Assembly (NCBI GenBank): GCA_964057225.1
Contig: OZ059894.1
Span: 1 to 64,000, forward strand
From: Auanema rhodensis
Lineage: Eukaryota > Animalia > Nematoda
Direction: 5' to 3'
Length of the DNA stretch: 64,000 nt
The notes under the pieces were generated by a model. That model saw nothing but the letters and a program-made list of their open reading frames with translations. It had not been told where the DNA came from and did no database searches. Every line of letters starts with the position of its first letter. Within the stretch, counting starts at the first letter, position 1. Of the stretch, positions 1 to 16,000 are shown in pieces. The position numbers and the translations under genes are program-made.

Positions 1-1408
1 TAAAGTTCACGTAAATTTCAAAGTCATGGTTACCATGAACCAATATCAATAAAAATTTGTTTTTAGACTAATATGGACATGGGGAATCTAATTTTGAAAA
101 CCGCATCTCTTTATCTTTCACGTGAAGCGAGTTACATACCAAGTGCACATCACGTGTACATTTAATTAGCATAAATTAATGTTCACGTAAACTTCAAAGT
201 CATGGTTACCATGAAGCAATATCAATAAAAATTTGTTTTTAGACTAATATGGACATGGGGAATCTAATTTTGAAAACCGCATCTCTTTATCTTTCACGTG
301 AAGCGAGTTACATACCAAGTGCACATCACGTGTACATTTAATTAGCATAAATTAAAGTTCACGTAAATTTCAAAGTCATGGTTACCATGAACCAATATCA
401 ATAAAAATTTGTTTTTAGACTAATATGGACATGGGGAATCTAATTTTGAAAACCGCATTTCTTTATCTTTCACGTGAAGCGAGTTACATACCAAGTGCAC
501 ATCACGTGTACATTTAATTAGCATAAATTAAAGTTCACGTAAATTTCAAAGTCATGGTTACCATGCACCAATATCAATAAAAATTTGTTTTTAGACTAAT
601 ATGGACATGGGGAATCTAATTTTGAAAACCGCATCTCTTTATCTTTCACGTGAAGCGAGTTACATACCAAGTGCACATCACGTGTACATTTAAATAGCAT
701 AAATTAAAGTTCACGTAAATTTCAAAGTCATGGTTACCATGAACCAATATCAATAAAAATTTGTTTTTAGACTAATATGGACATGGGGAATCTAATTTTG
801 AAAACCGCATCTCTTTATCTTTCACGTGAAGCGAGTTACATACCAAGTGCACATCACGTGTACATTTAATTAGCATAAATTAATGTTCACGTAAACTTCA
901 AAGTCATGGTTACCATGAAGCAATATCAATAAAAATTTGTTTTTAGACTAATATGGACATGGGGAATCTAATTTTGAAAACCGCATCTCTTTATCTTTCA
1001 CGTGAAGCGAGTTACATACCAAGTGCACATCACGTGTAGATTTAATTAGCATAAATTAAAGTTCACGTAAATTTCAAAGTCATGGTTACCATGAACCAAT
1101 ATCAATAAAAATTTGTTTTTAGACTAATATGGACATGGGGAATCTAATTTTGAAAACCGCATCTCTTTATCTTTCACGTGAAGCGAGTTACATACCAAGT
1201 GCACATCACGTGTACATTTAAATAGCATAAATTAAAGTTCACGTAAATTTCAAAGTCATGGTTACCATGCACCAATATCAATAAAAATTTGTTTTTAGAC
1301 TAATATGGACATGGGGAATCTAATTTTGAAAACCGCATCTCTTTATCTTTCACGTGAAGCGAGTTACATACCAAGTGCACATCACGTGTACATTTAATTA
1401 GCATAAAT

Positions 1409-4400
1409 TAAAGTTCACGTAAATTTCAAAGTCATGGTTACCATGAACAAATATCAATAAAAATTTGTTTTTAGACTAATATGGACATGGGGAATCTAAT
1501 TTTGAAAACCGCATCTCTTTATCTTTCACGTGAAGCGAGTTACATACCAAGTGCACATCACGTGTACATTTAATTAGCATAAATTAAAGTTCACGTAAAT
1601 TTCAAAGTCATGGTTACCATGAACCAATATCAATAAAAATTTGTTTTTAGACTAATATGGACATGGGAAATCTAATTTTGAAAACCGCATTTCTTTATCT
1701 TTCACGTGAAGCGAGTTACATACCAAGTGCACATCACGTGTACATTTAATTAGCATAAATTAAAGTTCACGTAAATTTCAAAGTCATGGTTACCATGAAG
1801 CAATATCAATAAAAATTTGTTTTTAGACTAATATGGACATGGGGAATCTAATTTTGAAAACCGCATTTCTTTATCTTTCACGTGAAGCGAGTTACATACC
1901 AAGTGCACATCACGTGTACATTTAATTAGCATAAATTAAAGTTCACGTAAATTTCAAAGTCATGGTTACCATGCACCAATATCAATAAAAATTTGTTTTT
2001 AGACTAATATGGACATGGGGAATCTAATTTTGAAAACCGCATCTCTTTATCTTTCACGTGAAGCGAGTTACATACCAAGTGCACATCACGTGTACATTTA
2101 AATAGCATAAATTAAAGTTCACGTAAATTTCAAAGTCATGGTTACCATGAACCAATATCAATAAAAATTTGTTTTTAGACTAATATGGACATGGGGAATC
2201 TAATTTTGAAAACCGCATCTCTTTATCTTTCACGTGAAGCGAGTTACATACCAAGTGCACATCACGTGTACATTTAATTAGCATAAATTAAAGTTCACGT
2301 AAACTTCAAAGTCATGGTTACCATGAAGCAATATCAATAAAAATTTGTTTTTAGACTAATATGGACATGGGGAATCTAATTTTGAAAACCGCATCTCTTT
2401 ATCTTTCACGTGAAGCGAGTTACATACCAAGTGCACATCACGTGTACATTTAATTAGCATAAATTAAAGTTCACGTAAATTTCAAAGTCATGGTTACCAT
2501 GAAGCAATATCAATAAAAATTTGTTTTTAGACTAATATGGACATGGGGAATCTAATTTTGAAAACCGCATCTCTTTATCTTTCACGTGAAGCGAGTTACA
2601 TACCAAGTGCACATCACGTGTACATTTAATTAGCATAAATTAAAGTTCACGTAAATTTCAAAGTCATGGTTACCATGAACCAATATCAATAAAAATTTGT
2701 TTTTAGACTAATATGGACATGGGGAATCTAATTTTGAAAACCGCATTTCTTTATCTTTCACGTGAAGCGAGTTACATACCAAGTGCACATCACGTGTACA
2801 TTTAATTAGCATAAATTAAAGTTCACGTAAATTTCAAAGTCATGGTTACCATGCACCAATATCAATAAAAATTTGTTTTTAGACTAATATGGACATGGGG
2901 AATCTAATTTTGAAAACCGCATCTCTTTATCTTTCACGTGAAGCGAGTTACATACCAAGTGCACATCACGTGTACATTTAAATAGCATAAATTAAAGTTC
3001 ACGTAAATTTCAAAGTCATGGTTACCATGAACCAATATCAATAAAAATTTGTTTTTAGACTAATATGGACATGGGGAATCTAATTTTGAAAACCGCATCT
3101 CTTTATCTTTCACGTGAAGCGAGTTACATACCAAGTGCACATCACGTGTACATTTAATTAGCATAAATTAAAGTTCACGTAAACTTCAAAGTCATGGTTA
3201 CCATGAAGCAATATCAATAAAAATTTGTTTTTAGACTAATATGGACATGGGGAATCTAATTTTGAAAACCGCATCTCTTTATCTTTCACGTGAAGCGAGT
3301 TACATACCAAGTGCACATCACGTGTACATTTAATTAGCATAAATTAAAGTTCACGTAAATTTCAAAGTCATGGTTACCATGAACCAATATCAATGAAAAT
3401 TTGTTTTTAGACTAATATGGACATGGGGAATCTAATTTTGAAAACCGCATCTCTTTATCTTTCACGTGAAGCGAGTTACATACCAAGTGCACATCACGTG
3501 TACATTTAATTAGCATAAATTAAAGTTCACGTAAATTTCAAAGTCATGGTTACCATGAACAAATATCAATAAAAATTTGTTTTTAGACTAATATGGACAT
3601 GGGGAATCTAATTTTGAAAACCGCATCTCTTTATCTTTCACGTGAAGCGAGTTACATACCAAGTGCACATCACGTGTACATTTAATTAGCATAAATTAAA
3701 GTTCACGTAAATTTCAAAGTCATGGTTACCATGAACCAATATCAATAAAAATTTGTTTTTAGACTAATATGGACATGGGAAATCTAATTTTGAAAACCGC
3801 ATTTCTTTATCTTTCACGTGAAGCGAGTTACATACCAAGTGCACATCACGTGTACATTTAATTAGCATAAATTAAAGTTCACGTAAATTTCAAAGTCATG
3901 GTTACCATGAAGCAATATCAATAAAAATTTGTTTTTAGACTAATATGGACATGGGGAATCTAATTTTGAAAACCGCATTTCTTTATCTTTCACGTGAAGC
4001 GAGTTACATACCAAGTGCACATCACGTGTACATTTAATTAGCATAAATTAAAGTTCACGTAAATTTCAAAGTCATGGTTACCATGCACCAATATCAATAA
4101 AAATTTGTTTTTAGACTAATATGGACATGGGGAATCTAATTTTGAAAACCGCATCTCTTTATCTTTCACGTGAAGCGAGTTACATACCAAGTGCACATCA
4201 CGTGTACATTTAAATAGCATAAATTAAAGTTCACGTAAATTTCAAAGTCATGGTTACCATGAACCAATATCAATAAAAATTTGTTTTTAGACTAATATGG
4301 ACATGGGGAATCTAATTTTGAAAACCGCATCTCTTTATCTTTCACGTGAAGCGAGTTACATACCAAGTGCACATCACGTGTACATTTAATTAGCATAAAT

Positions 4401-5632
4401 TAAAGTTCACGTAAACTTCAAAGTCATGGTTACCATGAAGCAATATCAATAAAAATTTGTTTTTAGACTAATATGGACATGGGGAATCTAATTTTGAAAA
4501 CCGCATCTCTTTATCTTTCACGTGAAGCGAGTTACATACCAAGTGCACATCACGTGTACATTTAATTAGCATAAATTAAAGTTCACGTAAATTTCAAAGT
4601 CATGGTTACCATGAAGCAATATCAATAAAAATTTGTTTTTAGACTAATATGGACATGGGGAATCTAATTTTGAAAACCGCATCTCTTTATCTTTCACGTG
4701 AAGCGAGTTACATACCAAGTGCACATCACGTGTACATTTAATTAGCATAAATTAAAGTTCACGTAAATTTCAAAGTCATGGTTACCATGAACCAATATCA
4801 ATAAAAATTTGTTTTTAGACTAATATGGACATGGGGAATCTAATTTTGAAAACCGCATTTCTTTATCTTTCACGTGAAGCGAGTTACATACCAAGTGCAC
4901 ATCACGTGTACATTTAATTAGCATAAATTAAAGTTCACGTAAATTTCAAAGTCATGGTTACCATGCACCAATATCAATAAAAATTTGTTTTTAGACTAAT
5001 ATGGACATGGGGAATCTAATTTTGAAAACCGCATCTCTTTATCTTTCACGTGAAGCGAGTTACATACCAAGTGCACATCACGTGTACATTTAAATAGCAT
5101 AAATTAAAGTTCACGTAAATTTCAAAGTCATGGTTACCATGAACCAATATCAATAAAAATTTGTTTTTAGACTAATATGGACATGGGGAATCTAATTTTG
5201 AAAACCGCATCTCTTTATCTTTCACGTGAAGCGAGTTACATACCAAGTGCACATCACGTGTACATTTAATTAGCATAAATTAAAGTTCACGTAAACTTCA
5301 AAGTCATGGTTACCATGAAGCAATATCAATAAAAATTTGTTTTTAGACTAATATGGACATGGGGAATCTAATTTTGAAAACCGCATCTCTTTATCTTTCA
5401 CGTGAAGCGAGTTACATACCAAGTGCACATCACGTGTACATTTAATTAGCATAAATTAAAGTTCACGTAAATTTCAAAGTCATGGTTACCATGAACCAAT
5501 ATCAATGAAAATTTGTTTTTAGACTAATATGGACATGGGGAATCTAATTTTGAAAACCGCATCTCTTTATCTTTCACGTGAAGCGAGTTACATACCAAGT
5601 GCACATCACGTGTACATTTAATTAGCATAAAT
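1409..5632 (+). repeat. 12-monomer (2112 bp) higher-order tandem duplication; boundaries approximate
   Basis: Rare SNP pairs lie exactly 2112 bp apart: 1449/3561, 1668/3780, 3395/5507. Confidence 0.85.
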
Positions 5633-5809
5633 TAAAGTTCACGTAAATTTCAAAGTCATGGTTACCATGAACCAATATCAATAAAAATTTGTTTTTAGAC
5701 TAATATGGACATGGGGAATCTAATTTTGAAAACCGCATCTCTTTATCTTTCACGTGAAGCGAGTTACATACCAAGTGCACATCACGTGTACATTTAATTA
5801 GCATAAATT

Positions 5810-8800
5810 AAAGTTCACGTAAATTTCAAAGTCATGGTTACCATGAACCAATATCAATAAAAATTTGTTTTTAGACTAATATGGACATGGGGAATCTAAT
5901 TTTGAAAACCGCATCTCTTTATCTTTCACGTGAAGCGAGTTACATACCAAGTGCACATCACGTGTACATTTAATTAGCATAAATTAAAGTTCACGTAAAT
6001 TTCAAAGTCATGGTTACCATGAACCAATATCAATAAAAATTTGTTTTTAGACTAATATGGACATGGGGAATCTAATTTTGAAAACCGCATCTCTTTATCT
6101 TTCACGTGAAGCGAGTTACATACCAAGTGCACATCACGTGTACATTTAATTAGCATAAATTAAAGTTCACGTAAATTTCAAAGTCATGGTTACCATGAAC
6201 CAATATCAATAAAAATTTGTTTTTAGACTAATATGGACATGGGGAATCTAATTGTGAAAACCGCATTTCTTTATCTTTCACGTGAAGCGAGTTACATACC
6301 AAGTGCACATCACGTGTACATTTAATTAGCATAAATTAAAGTTCACGTAAATTTCAAAGTCATGGTTACCATGAAGCAATATCAATAAAAATTTGTTTTT
6401 AGACTAATATGGACATGGGGAATCTAATTTTGAAAACCGCATCTCTTTATCTTTCACGTGAAGCGAGTTACATACCAAGTGCACATCACGTGTACATTTA
6501 ATTAGCATAAATTAAAGTTCACGTAAATTTCAAAGTCATGGTTACCATGAACCAATATCAATAAAAATTTGTTTTTAGACTAATATGGACATGGGGAATC
6601 TAATTTTGAAAACCGCATTTCTTTATCTTTCACGTGAAGCGAGTTACATACCAAGTGCACATCACGTGTACATTTAATTAGCATAAATTAAAGTTCACGT
6701 AAATTTCAAAGTCATGGTTACCATGAACCAATATCAATAAAAATTTGTTTTTAGACTAATATGGACATGGGGAATCTAATTTTGAAAACCGCATCTCTTT
6801 ATCTTTCACGTGAAGCGAGTTACATACCAAGTGCACATCACGTGTACATTTAATTAGCATAAATTAAAGTTCACGTAAATTTCAAAGTCATGGTTACCAT
6901 GAACCAATATCAATAAAAATTTGTTTTTAGACTAATATGGACATGGGGAATCTAATTTTGAAAACCGCATTTCTTTATCTTTCACGTGAAGCGAGTTACA
7001 TACCAAGTGCACATCACGTGTACATTTAATTAGCATAAATTAAAGTTCACGTAAATTTCAAAGTCATGGTTACCATGAACCAATATCAATAAAAATTTGT
7101 TTTTAGACTAATATGGACATGGGGAATCTAATTTTGAAAACCGCATCTCTTTATCTTTCACGTGAAGCGAGTTACATACCAAGTGCACATCACGTGTACA
7201 TTTAATTAGCATAAATTAAAGTTCACGTAAATTTCAAAGTCATGGTTACCATGAAGCAATATCAATAAAAATTTGTTTTTAGACTAATATGGACATGGGG
7301 AATCTAATTTTGAAAACCGCATCTCTTTATCTTTCACGTGAAGCGAGTTACATACCAAGTGCACATCACGTGTACATTTAATTAGCATAAATTAAAGTTC
7401 ACGTAAATTTCAAAGTCATGGTTACCATGCACCAATATCAATAAAAATTTGTTTTTAGACTAATATGGACATGGGGAATCTAATTTTGGAAACCGCATCT
7501 CTTTATCTTTCACGTGAAGCGAGTTACATACCAAGTGCACATCACGTGTACACTTAATTAGCATAAATTAAAGTTCACGTAAATTTCAAAGTCATGGTTA
7601 CCATGAACCAATATCAATAAAAATTTGTTTTTAGACTAATATGGACATGGGGAATCTAATTTTGAAAACCGCATCTCTTTATCTTTCACGTGAAGCGAGT
7701 TACATACCAAGTGCACATCACGTGTACATTTAATTAGCATAAATTAAAGTTCACGTAAATTTCAAAGTTATGGTTACCATGAACCAATATCAATAAAAAT
7801 TTGTTTTTAGACTAATATGGACATGGGGAATCTAATTTTGAAAACCGCATCTCTTTATCTTTCACGTGAAGCGAGTTACATACCAAGTGCACATCACGTG
7901 TACATTTAATTAGCATAAATTAAAGTTCACGTAAACTTCAAAGTCATGGTTACCATGAAGCAATATCAATAAAAATTTGTTTTTAGACTAATATGGACAT
8001 GGGGAATCTAATTTTGAAAACCGCATCTCTTTATCTTTCACGTGAAGCGAGTTACATACCAAGTGCACATCACGTGTACATTTAATTAGCATAAATTAAA
8101 GTTCACGTAAATTTCAAAGTCATGGTTACCATGAACCAATATCAATAAAAATTTGTTTTTAGACTAATATGGACATGGGGAATCTAATTTTGAAAACCGC
8201 ATCTCTTTATCTTTCACGTGAAGCGAGTTACATACCAAGTGCACATCACGTGTACATTTAATTAGCATAAATTAAAGTTCACGTAAATTTCAAAGTCATG
8301 GTTACCATGAAGCAATATCAATAAAAATTTGTTTTTAGACTAATATGGACATGGGGAATCTAATTTTGAAAACCGCATCTCTTTATCTTTCACGTGAAGC
8401 GAGTTACATACCAAGTGCACATCACGTGTACATTTAATTAGCATAAATTAAAATTCACGTAAATTTCAAAGTCATGGTTACCATGAAGCAATATCAATAA
8501 AAATTTGTTTTTAGACTAATATGGACATGGAGAATCTAATTTTGAAAACCGCATCTCTTTATCTTTCACGTGAAGCGAGTTACATACCAAGTGCACATCA
8601 CGTGTACATTTAATTAGCATAAATTAAAATTCACGTAAATTTCAAAGTCATGGTTACCATGAAGCAATATCAATAAAAATTTGTTTTTAGACTAATATGG
8701 ACATGGGGAATCTAATTTTGAAAACCGCATCTCTTTATCTTTCACGTGAAGCGAGTTACATACCAAGTGCACATCACGTGTACATTTAATTAGCATAAAT

Positions 8801-11800
8801 TAAAGTTCACGTAAATTTCAAAGTCATGGTTACCATGAAGCAATATCAATAAAAATTTGTTTTTAGACTAATATGGACATGGGGAATCTAATTTTGAAAA
8901 CCGCATCTCTTTATCTTTCACGTGAAGCGAGTTACATACCAAGTGCACATCACGTGTACATTTAATTAGCATAAATTAAAATTCACGTAAATTTCAAAGT
9001 CATGGTTACCATGAAGCAATATCAATAAAAATTTGTTTTTAGACTAATATGGACATGGAGAATCTAATTTTGAAAACCGCATCTCTTTATCTTTCACGTG
9101 AAGCGAGTTACATACCAAGTGCACATCACGTGTACATTTAATTAGCATAAATTAAAGTTCACGTAAATTTCAAAGTCATGGTTACCATGAACCAATATCA
9201 ATGAAAATTTGTTTTTAGACTAATATGGACATGGGGAATCTAATTTTGAAAACCGCATCTCTTTATCTTTCACGTGAAGCGAGTTACATACCAAGTGCAC
9301 ATCACGTGTACATTTAATTAGCATAAATTAAAGTTCACGTAAATTTCAAAGTCATGGTTACCATGAACCAATATCAATAAAAATTTGTTTTTAGACTAAT
9401 ATGGACATGGGGAATCTAATTTTGAAAACCGCATCTCTTTATCTTTCACGTGAAGCGAGTTACATACCAAGTGCACATCACGTGTACATTTAATTAGCAT
9501 AAATTAAAGTTCACGTAAATTTCAAAGTCATGGTTACCATGAAGCAATATCAATAAAAATTTGTTTTTAGACTAATATGGACATGGGGAATCTAATTTTG
9601 AAAACCGCATCTCTTTATCTTTCACGTGAAGCGAGTTACATACCAAGTGCACATCACGTGTACATTTAATTAGCATAAATTAAAGTTCACGTAAATTTCA
9701 AAGTCATGGTTACCATGAAGCAATATCAATAAAAATTTGTTTTTAGACTAATATGGACATGGGGAATCTAATTTTGAAAACCGCATCTCTTTATCTTTCA
9801 CGTGAAGCGAGTTACATACCAAGTGCACATCACGTGTACATTTAATTAGCATAAATTAAAGTTCACGTAAATTTCAAAGTCATGGTTACCATGAAGCAAT
9901 ATCAATAAAAATTTGTTTTTAGACTAATATGGACATGGGGAATCTAATTTTGAAAACCGCATCTCTTTATCTTTCACGTGAAGCGAGTTACATACCAAGT
10001 GCACATCACGTGTACATTTAATTAGCATAAATTAAAGTTCACGTAAATTTCAAAGTCATGGTTACCATGAACCAATATCAATAAAAATTTGTTTTTAGAC
10101 TAATATGGACATGGGGAATCTAATTTTGAAAACCGCATCTCTTTATCTTTCACGTGAAGCGAGTTACATACCAAGTGCACATCACGTGTACATTTAATTA
10201 GCATAAATTAAAGTTCACGTAAATTTCAAAGTCATGGTTACCATGAACCAATATCAATAAAAATTTGTTTTTAGACTAATATGGACATGGGGAATCTAAT
10301 TGTGAAAACCGCATTTCTTTATCTTTCACGTGAAGCGAGTTACATACCAAGTGCACATCACGTGTACATTTAATTAGCATAAATTAAAGTTCACGTAAAT
10401 TTCAAAGTCATGGTTACCATGAAGCAATATCAATAAAAATTTGTTTTTAGACTAATATGGACATGGGGAATCTAATTTTGAAAACCGCATCTCTTTATCT
10501 TTCACGTGAAGCGAGTTACATACCAAGTGCACATCACGTGTACATTTAATTAGCATAAATTAAAGTTCACGTAAATTTCAAAGTCATGGTTACCATGAAC
10601 CAATATCAATAAAAATTTGTTTTTAGACTAATATGGACATGGGGAATCTAATTTTGAAAACCGCATTTCTTTATCTTTCACGTGAAGCGAGTTACATACC
10701 AAGTGCACATCACGTGTACATTTAATTAGCATAAATTAAAGTTCACGTAAATTTCAAAGTCATGGTTACCATGAACCAATATCAATAAAAATTTGTTTTT
10801 AGACTAATATGGACATGGGGAATCTAATTTTGAAAACCGCATCTCTTTATCTTTCACGTGAAGCGAGTTACATACCAAGTGCACATCACGTGTACATTTA
10901 ATTAGCATAAATTAAAGTTCACGTAAATTTCAAAGTCATGGTTACCATGAACCAATATCAATAAAAATTTGTTTTTAGACTAATATGGACATGGGGAATC
11001 TAATTTTGAAAACCGCATTTCTTTATCTTTCACGTGAAGCGAGTTACATACCAAGTGCACATCACGTGTACATTTAATTAGCATAAATTAAAGTTCACGT
11101 AAATTTCAAAGTCATGGTTACCATGAACCAATATCAATAAAAATTTGTTTTTAGACTAATATGGACATGGGGAATCTAATTTTGAAAACCGCATCTCTTT
11201 ATCTTTCACGTGAAGCGAGTTACATACCAAGTGCACATCACGTGTACATTTAATTAGCATAAATTAAAGTTCACGTAAATTTCAAAGTCATGGTTACCAT
11301 GAAGCAATATCAATAAAAATTTGTTTTTAGACTAATATGGACATGGGGAATCTAATTTTGAAAACCGCATCTCTTTATCTTTCACGTGAAGCGAGTTACA
11401 TACCAAGTGCACATCACGTGTACATTTAATTAGCATAAATTAAAGTTCACGTAAATTTCAAAGTCATGGTTACCATGCACCAATATCAATAAAAATTTGT
11501 TTTTAGACTAATATGGACATGGGGAATCTAATTTTGGAAACCGCATCTCTTTATCTTTCACGTGAAGCGAGTTACATACCAAGTGCACATCACGTGTACA
11601 CTTAATTAGCATAAATTAAAGTTCACGTAAATTTCAAAGTCATGGTTACCATGAACCAATATCAATAAAAATTTGTTTTTAGACTAATATGGACATGGGG
11701 AATCTAATTTTGAAAACCGCATCTCTTTATCTTTCACGTGAAGCGAGTTACATACCAAGTGCACATCACGTGTACATTTAATTAGCATAAATTAAAGTTC

Positions 11801-13030
11801 ACGTAAATTTCAAAGTTATGGTTACCATGAACCAATATCAATAAAAATTTGTTTTTAGACTAATATGGACATGGGGAATCTAATTTTGAAAACCGCATCT
11901 CTTTATCTTTCACGTGAAGCGAGTTACATACCAAGTGCACATCACGTGTACATTTAATTAGCATAAATTAAAGTTCACGTAAACTTCAAAGTCATGGTTA
12001 CCATGAAGCAATATCAATAAAAATTTGTTTTTAGACTAATATGGACATGGGGAATCTAATTTTGAAAACCGCATCTCTTTATCTTTCACGTGAAGCGAGT
12101 TACATACCAAGTGCACATCACGTGTACATTTAATTAGCATAAATTAAAGTTCACGTAAATTTCAAAGTCATGGTTACCATGAACCAATATCAATAAAAAT
12201 TTGTTTTTAGACTAATATGGACATGGGGAATCTAATTTTGAAAACCGCATCTCTTTATCTTTCACGTGAAGCGAGTTACATACCAAGTGCACATCACGTG
12301 TACATTTAATTAGCATAAATTAAAGTTCACGTAAATTTCAAAGTCATGGTTACCATGAAGCAATATCAATAAAAATTTGTTTTTAGACTAATATGGACAT
12401 GGGGAATCTAATTTTGAAAACCGCATCTCTTTATCTTTCACGTGAAGCGAGTTACATACCAAGTGCACATCACGTGTACATTTAATTAGCATAAATTAAA
12501 ATTCACGTAAATTTCAAAGTCATGGTTACCATGAAGCAATATCAATAAAAATTTGTTTTTAGACTAATATGGACATGGAGAATCTAATTTTGAAAACCGC
12601 ATCTCTTTATCTTTCACGTGAAGCGAGTTACATACCAAGTGCACATCACGTGTACATTTAATTAGCATAAATTAAAATTCACGTAAATTTCAAAGTCATG
12701 GTTACCATGAAGCAATATCAATAAAAATTTGTTTTTAGACTAATATGGACATGGGGAATCTAATTTTGAAAACCGCATCTCTTTATCTTTCACGTGAAGC
12801 GAGTTACATACCAAGTGCACATCACGTGTACATTTAATTAGCATAAATTAAAGTTCACGTAAATTTCAAAGTCATGGTTACCATGAAGCAATATCAATAA
12901 AAATTTGTTTTTAGACTAATATGGACATGGGGAATCTAATTTTGAAAACCGCATCTCTTTATCTTTCACGTGAAGCGAGTTACATACCAAGTGCACATCA
13001 CGTGTACATTTAATTAGCATAAATTAAAGT
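5810..13030 (+). repeat. 23-monomer (4048 bp) higher-order duplication; boundaries approximate
   Basis: Rare SNP pairs lie 4048 bp apart: ATTGTGAA 6254/10302 and TACACTT 7553/11601. The order of the surrounding variants is shared. Confidence 0.8.
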
Positions 13031-16000
13031 TCACGTAAATTTCAAAGTCATGGTTACCATGAAGCAATATCAATAAAAATTTGTTTTTAGACTAATATGG
13101 ACATGGGGAATCTAATTTTGAAAACCGCATCTCTTTATCTTTCACGTGAAGCGAGTTACATACCAAGTGCACATCACGTGTACATTTAATTAGCATAAAT
13201 TAAAGTTCACGTAAATTTCAAAGTCATGGTTACCATGAACCAATATCAATCAAAATTTGTTTTTAGACTAATATGGACATGGGGAATCTAATTTTGAAAA
13301 CCGCATCTCTTTATCTTTCACGTGAAGCGAGTTACATACCAAGTGCACATCACGTGTACATTTAATTAGCATAAATTAAAGTTCACGTAAATTTCAAAGT
13401 CATGGTTACCATGCACCAATATCAATAAAAATTTGTTTTTAGACTAATATGGACATGGGGAATCTAATTTTGAAAACCGCATCTCTTTATCTTTCACGTG
13501 AAGCGAGTTACATACCAAGTGCACATCACGTGTACATTTAATTAGCATAAATTAAAGTTCACGTAAATTTCAAAGTCATGGTTACCATGCACCAATATCA
13601 ATAAAAATTTGTTTTTAGACTAATATGGACATGGGGAATCTAATTTTGAAAACCGAATCTCTTTATCTTTCACGTGAAGCAAGTTACATACCAAGTGCAC
13701 ATCACGTGTACATTTAATTAGCATAAATTAAAGTTCACGTAAATTTCAAAGTCATGGTTACCATCAACCAATATCAATAAAAATTTGTTTTTAGACTAAT
13801 ATGGACATGGGGAATCTAATTTTGAAAACCGCATCTCTTTATCTTTCACGTGAAGCGAGTTACATACCAAGTGCACATCACGTGTACATTTAATTAGCAT
13901 AAATTAAAGTTCACGTAAATTTCAAAGTCATGGTTACCATGAACCAATATCAATCAAAATTTGTTTTTAGACTAATATGGACATGGGGAATCTAATTTTG
14001 AAAACCGCATCTCTTTATCTTTCACGTGAAGCGAGTTACATACCAAGTGCACATCACGTGTACATTTAATTAGCATAAATTAAAGTTCACGTAAATTTCA
14101 AAGTCATGGTTACCATGCACCAATATCAATAAAAATTTGTTTTTAGACTAATATGGACATGGGGAATCTAATTTTGAAAACCGCATCTCTTTATCTTTCA
14201 CGTGAAGCGAGTTACATACCAAGTGCACATCACGTGTACATTTAATTAGCATAAATTAAAGTTCACGTAAATTTCAAAGTCATGGTTACCATGCACCAAT
14301 ATCAATAAAAATTTGTTTTTAGACTAATATGGACATGGGGAATCTAATTTTGAAAACCGCATCTCTTTATCTTTCACGTGAAGCGAGTTACATACCAAGT
14401 GCACATCACGTGTACATTTAATTAGCATAAATTAAAGTTCACGTAAATTTCAAAGTCATGGTTACCATAAACCAATATCAATAAAAATTTGTTTTTAGAC
14501 TAATATGGACATGGGGAATCTAATTTTGAAAACCGCATCTCTTTATCTTTCACGTGAAGCGAGTTACATACCAAGTGCACATCACGTGTACATTTAATTA
14601 GCATAAATTAAAGTTCACGTAAATTTCAAAGTCATGGTTACCATGAAGCAATATCAATAAAAATTTGTTTTTAGACTAATATGGACATGGGGAATCTAAT
14701 TTTGAAAACCGCATCTCTTTATCTTTCACGTGAAGCGAGTTACATACCAAGTGCACATCACGTGTACATTTAATTAGCATAAATTAAAGTTCACGTAAAT
14801 TTCAAAGTCATGGTTACCATGAACCAATATCAATAAAAATTTGTTTTTAGACTAATATGGACATGGGGAATCTAATTTTGAAAACCGCATCTCTTTATCT
14901 TTCACGTGAAGCGAGTTACATACCAAGTGCACATCACGTGTACATTTAATTAGCATAAATTAAAGTTCACGTAAATTTCAAAGTCATGGTTACCATGCAC
15001 CAATATCAATAAAAATTTGTTTTTAGACTAATATGGACATGGGGAATCTAATTTTGGAAACCGCATCTCTTTATCTTTCACGTGAAGCGAGTTACATACC
15101 AAGTGCACATCACGTGTACATTTAATTAGCATAAATTAAAGTTCACGTAAATTTCAAAGTCATGGTTACCATGAACCAATATCAATAAAAATTTGTTTTT
15201 AGACTAATATGGACATGGGGAATCTAATTTTGAAAACCGCATCTCTTTATCTTTCACGTGAAGCGAGTTACATACCAAGTGCACATCACGTGTACATTTA
15301 ATTAGCATAAATTAAAGTTCACGTAAATTTCAAAGTTATGGTTACCATGAACCAATATCAATAAAAATTTGTTTTTAGACTAATATGGACATGGGGAATC
15401 TAATTTTGAAAACCGCATCTCTTTATCTTTCACGTGAAGCGAGTTACATACCAAGTGCACATCACGTGTACATTTAATTAGCATAAATTAAAGTTCACGT
15501 AAACTTCAAAGTCATGGTTACCATGAAGCAATATCAATAAAAATTTGTTTTTAGACTAATATGGACATGGGGAATCTAATTTTGAAAACCGCATCTCTTT
15601 ATCTTTCACGTGAAGCGAGTTACATACCAAGTGCACATCACGTGTACATTTAATTAGCATAAATTAAAGTTCACGTAAATTTCAAAGTCATGGTTACCAT
15701 GAACCAATATCAATAAAAATTTGTTTTTAGACTAATATGGACATGGGGAATCTAATTTTGAAAACCGCATCTCTTTATCTTTCACGTGAAGCGAGTTACA
15801 TACCAAGTGCACATCACGTGTACATTTAATTAGCATAAATTAAAGTTCACGTAAATTTCAAAGTCATGGTTACCATGCACCAATATCAATAAAAATTTGT
15901 TTTTAGACTAATATGGACATGGGGAATCTAATTTTGGAAACCGCATCTCTTTATCTTTCACGTGAAGCGAGTTACATACCAAGTGCACATCACGTGTACA

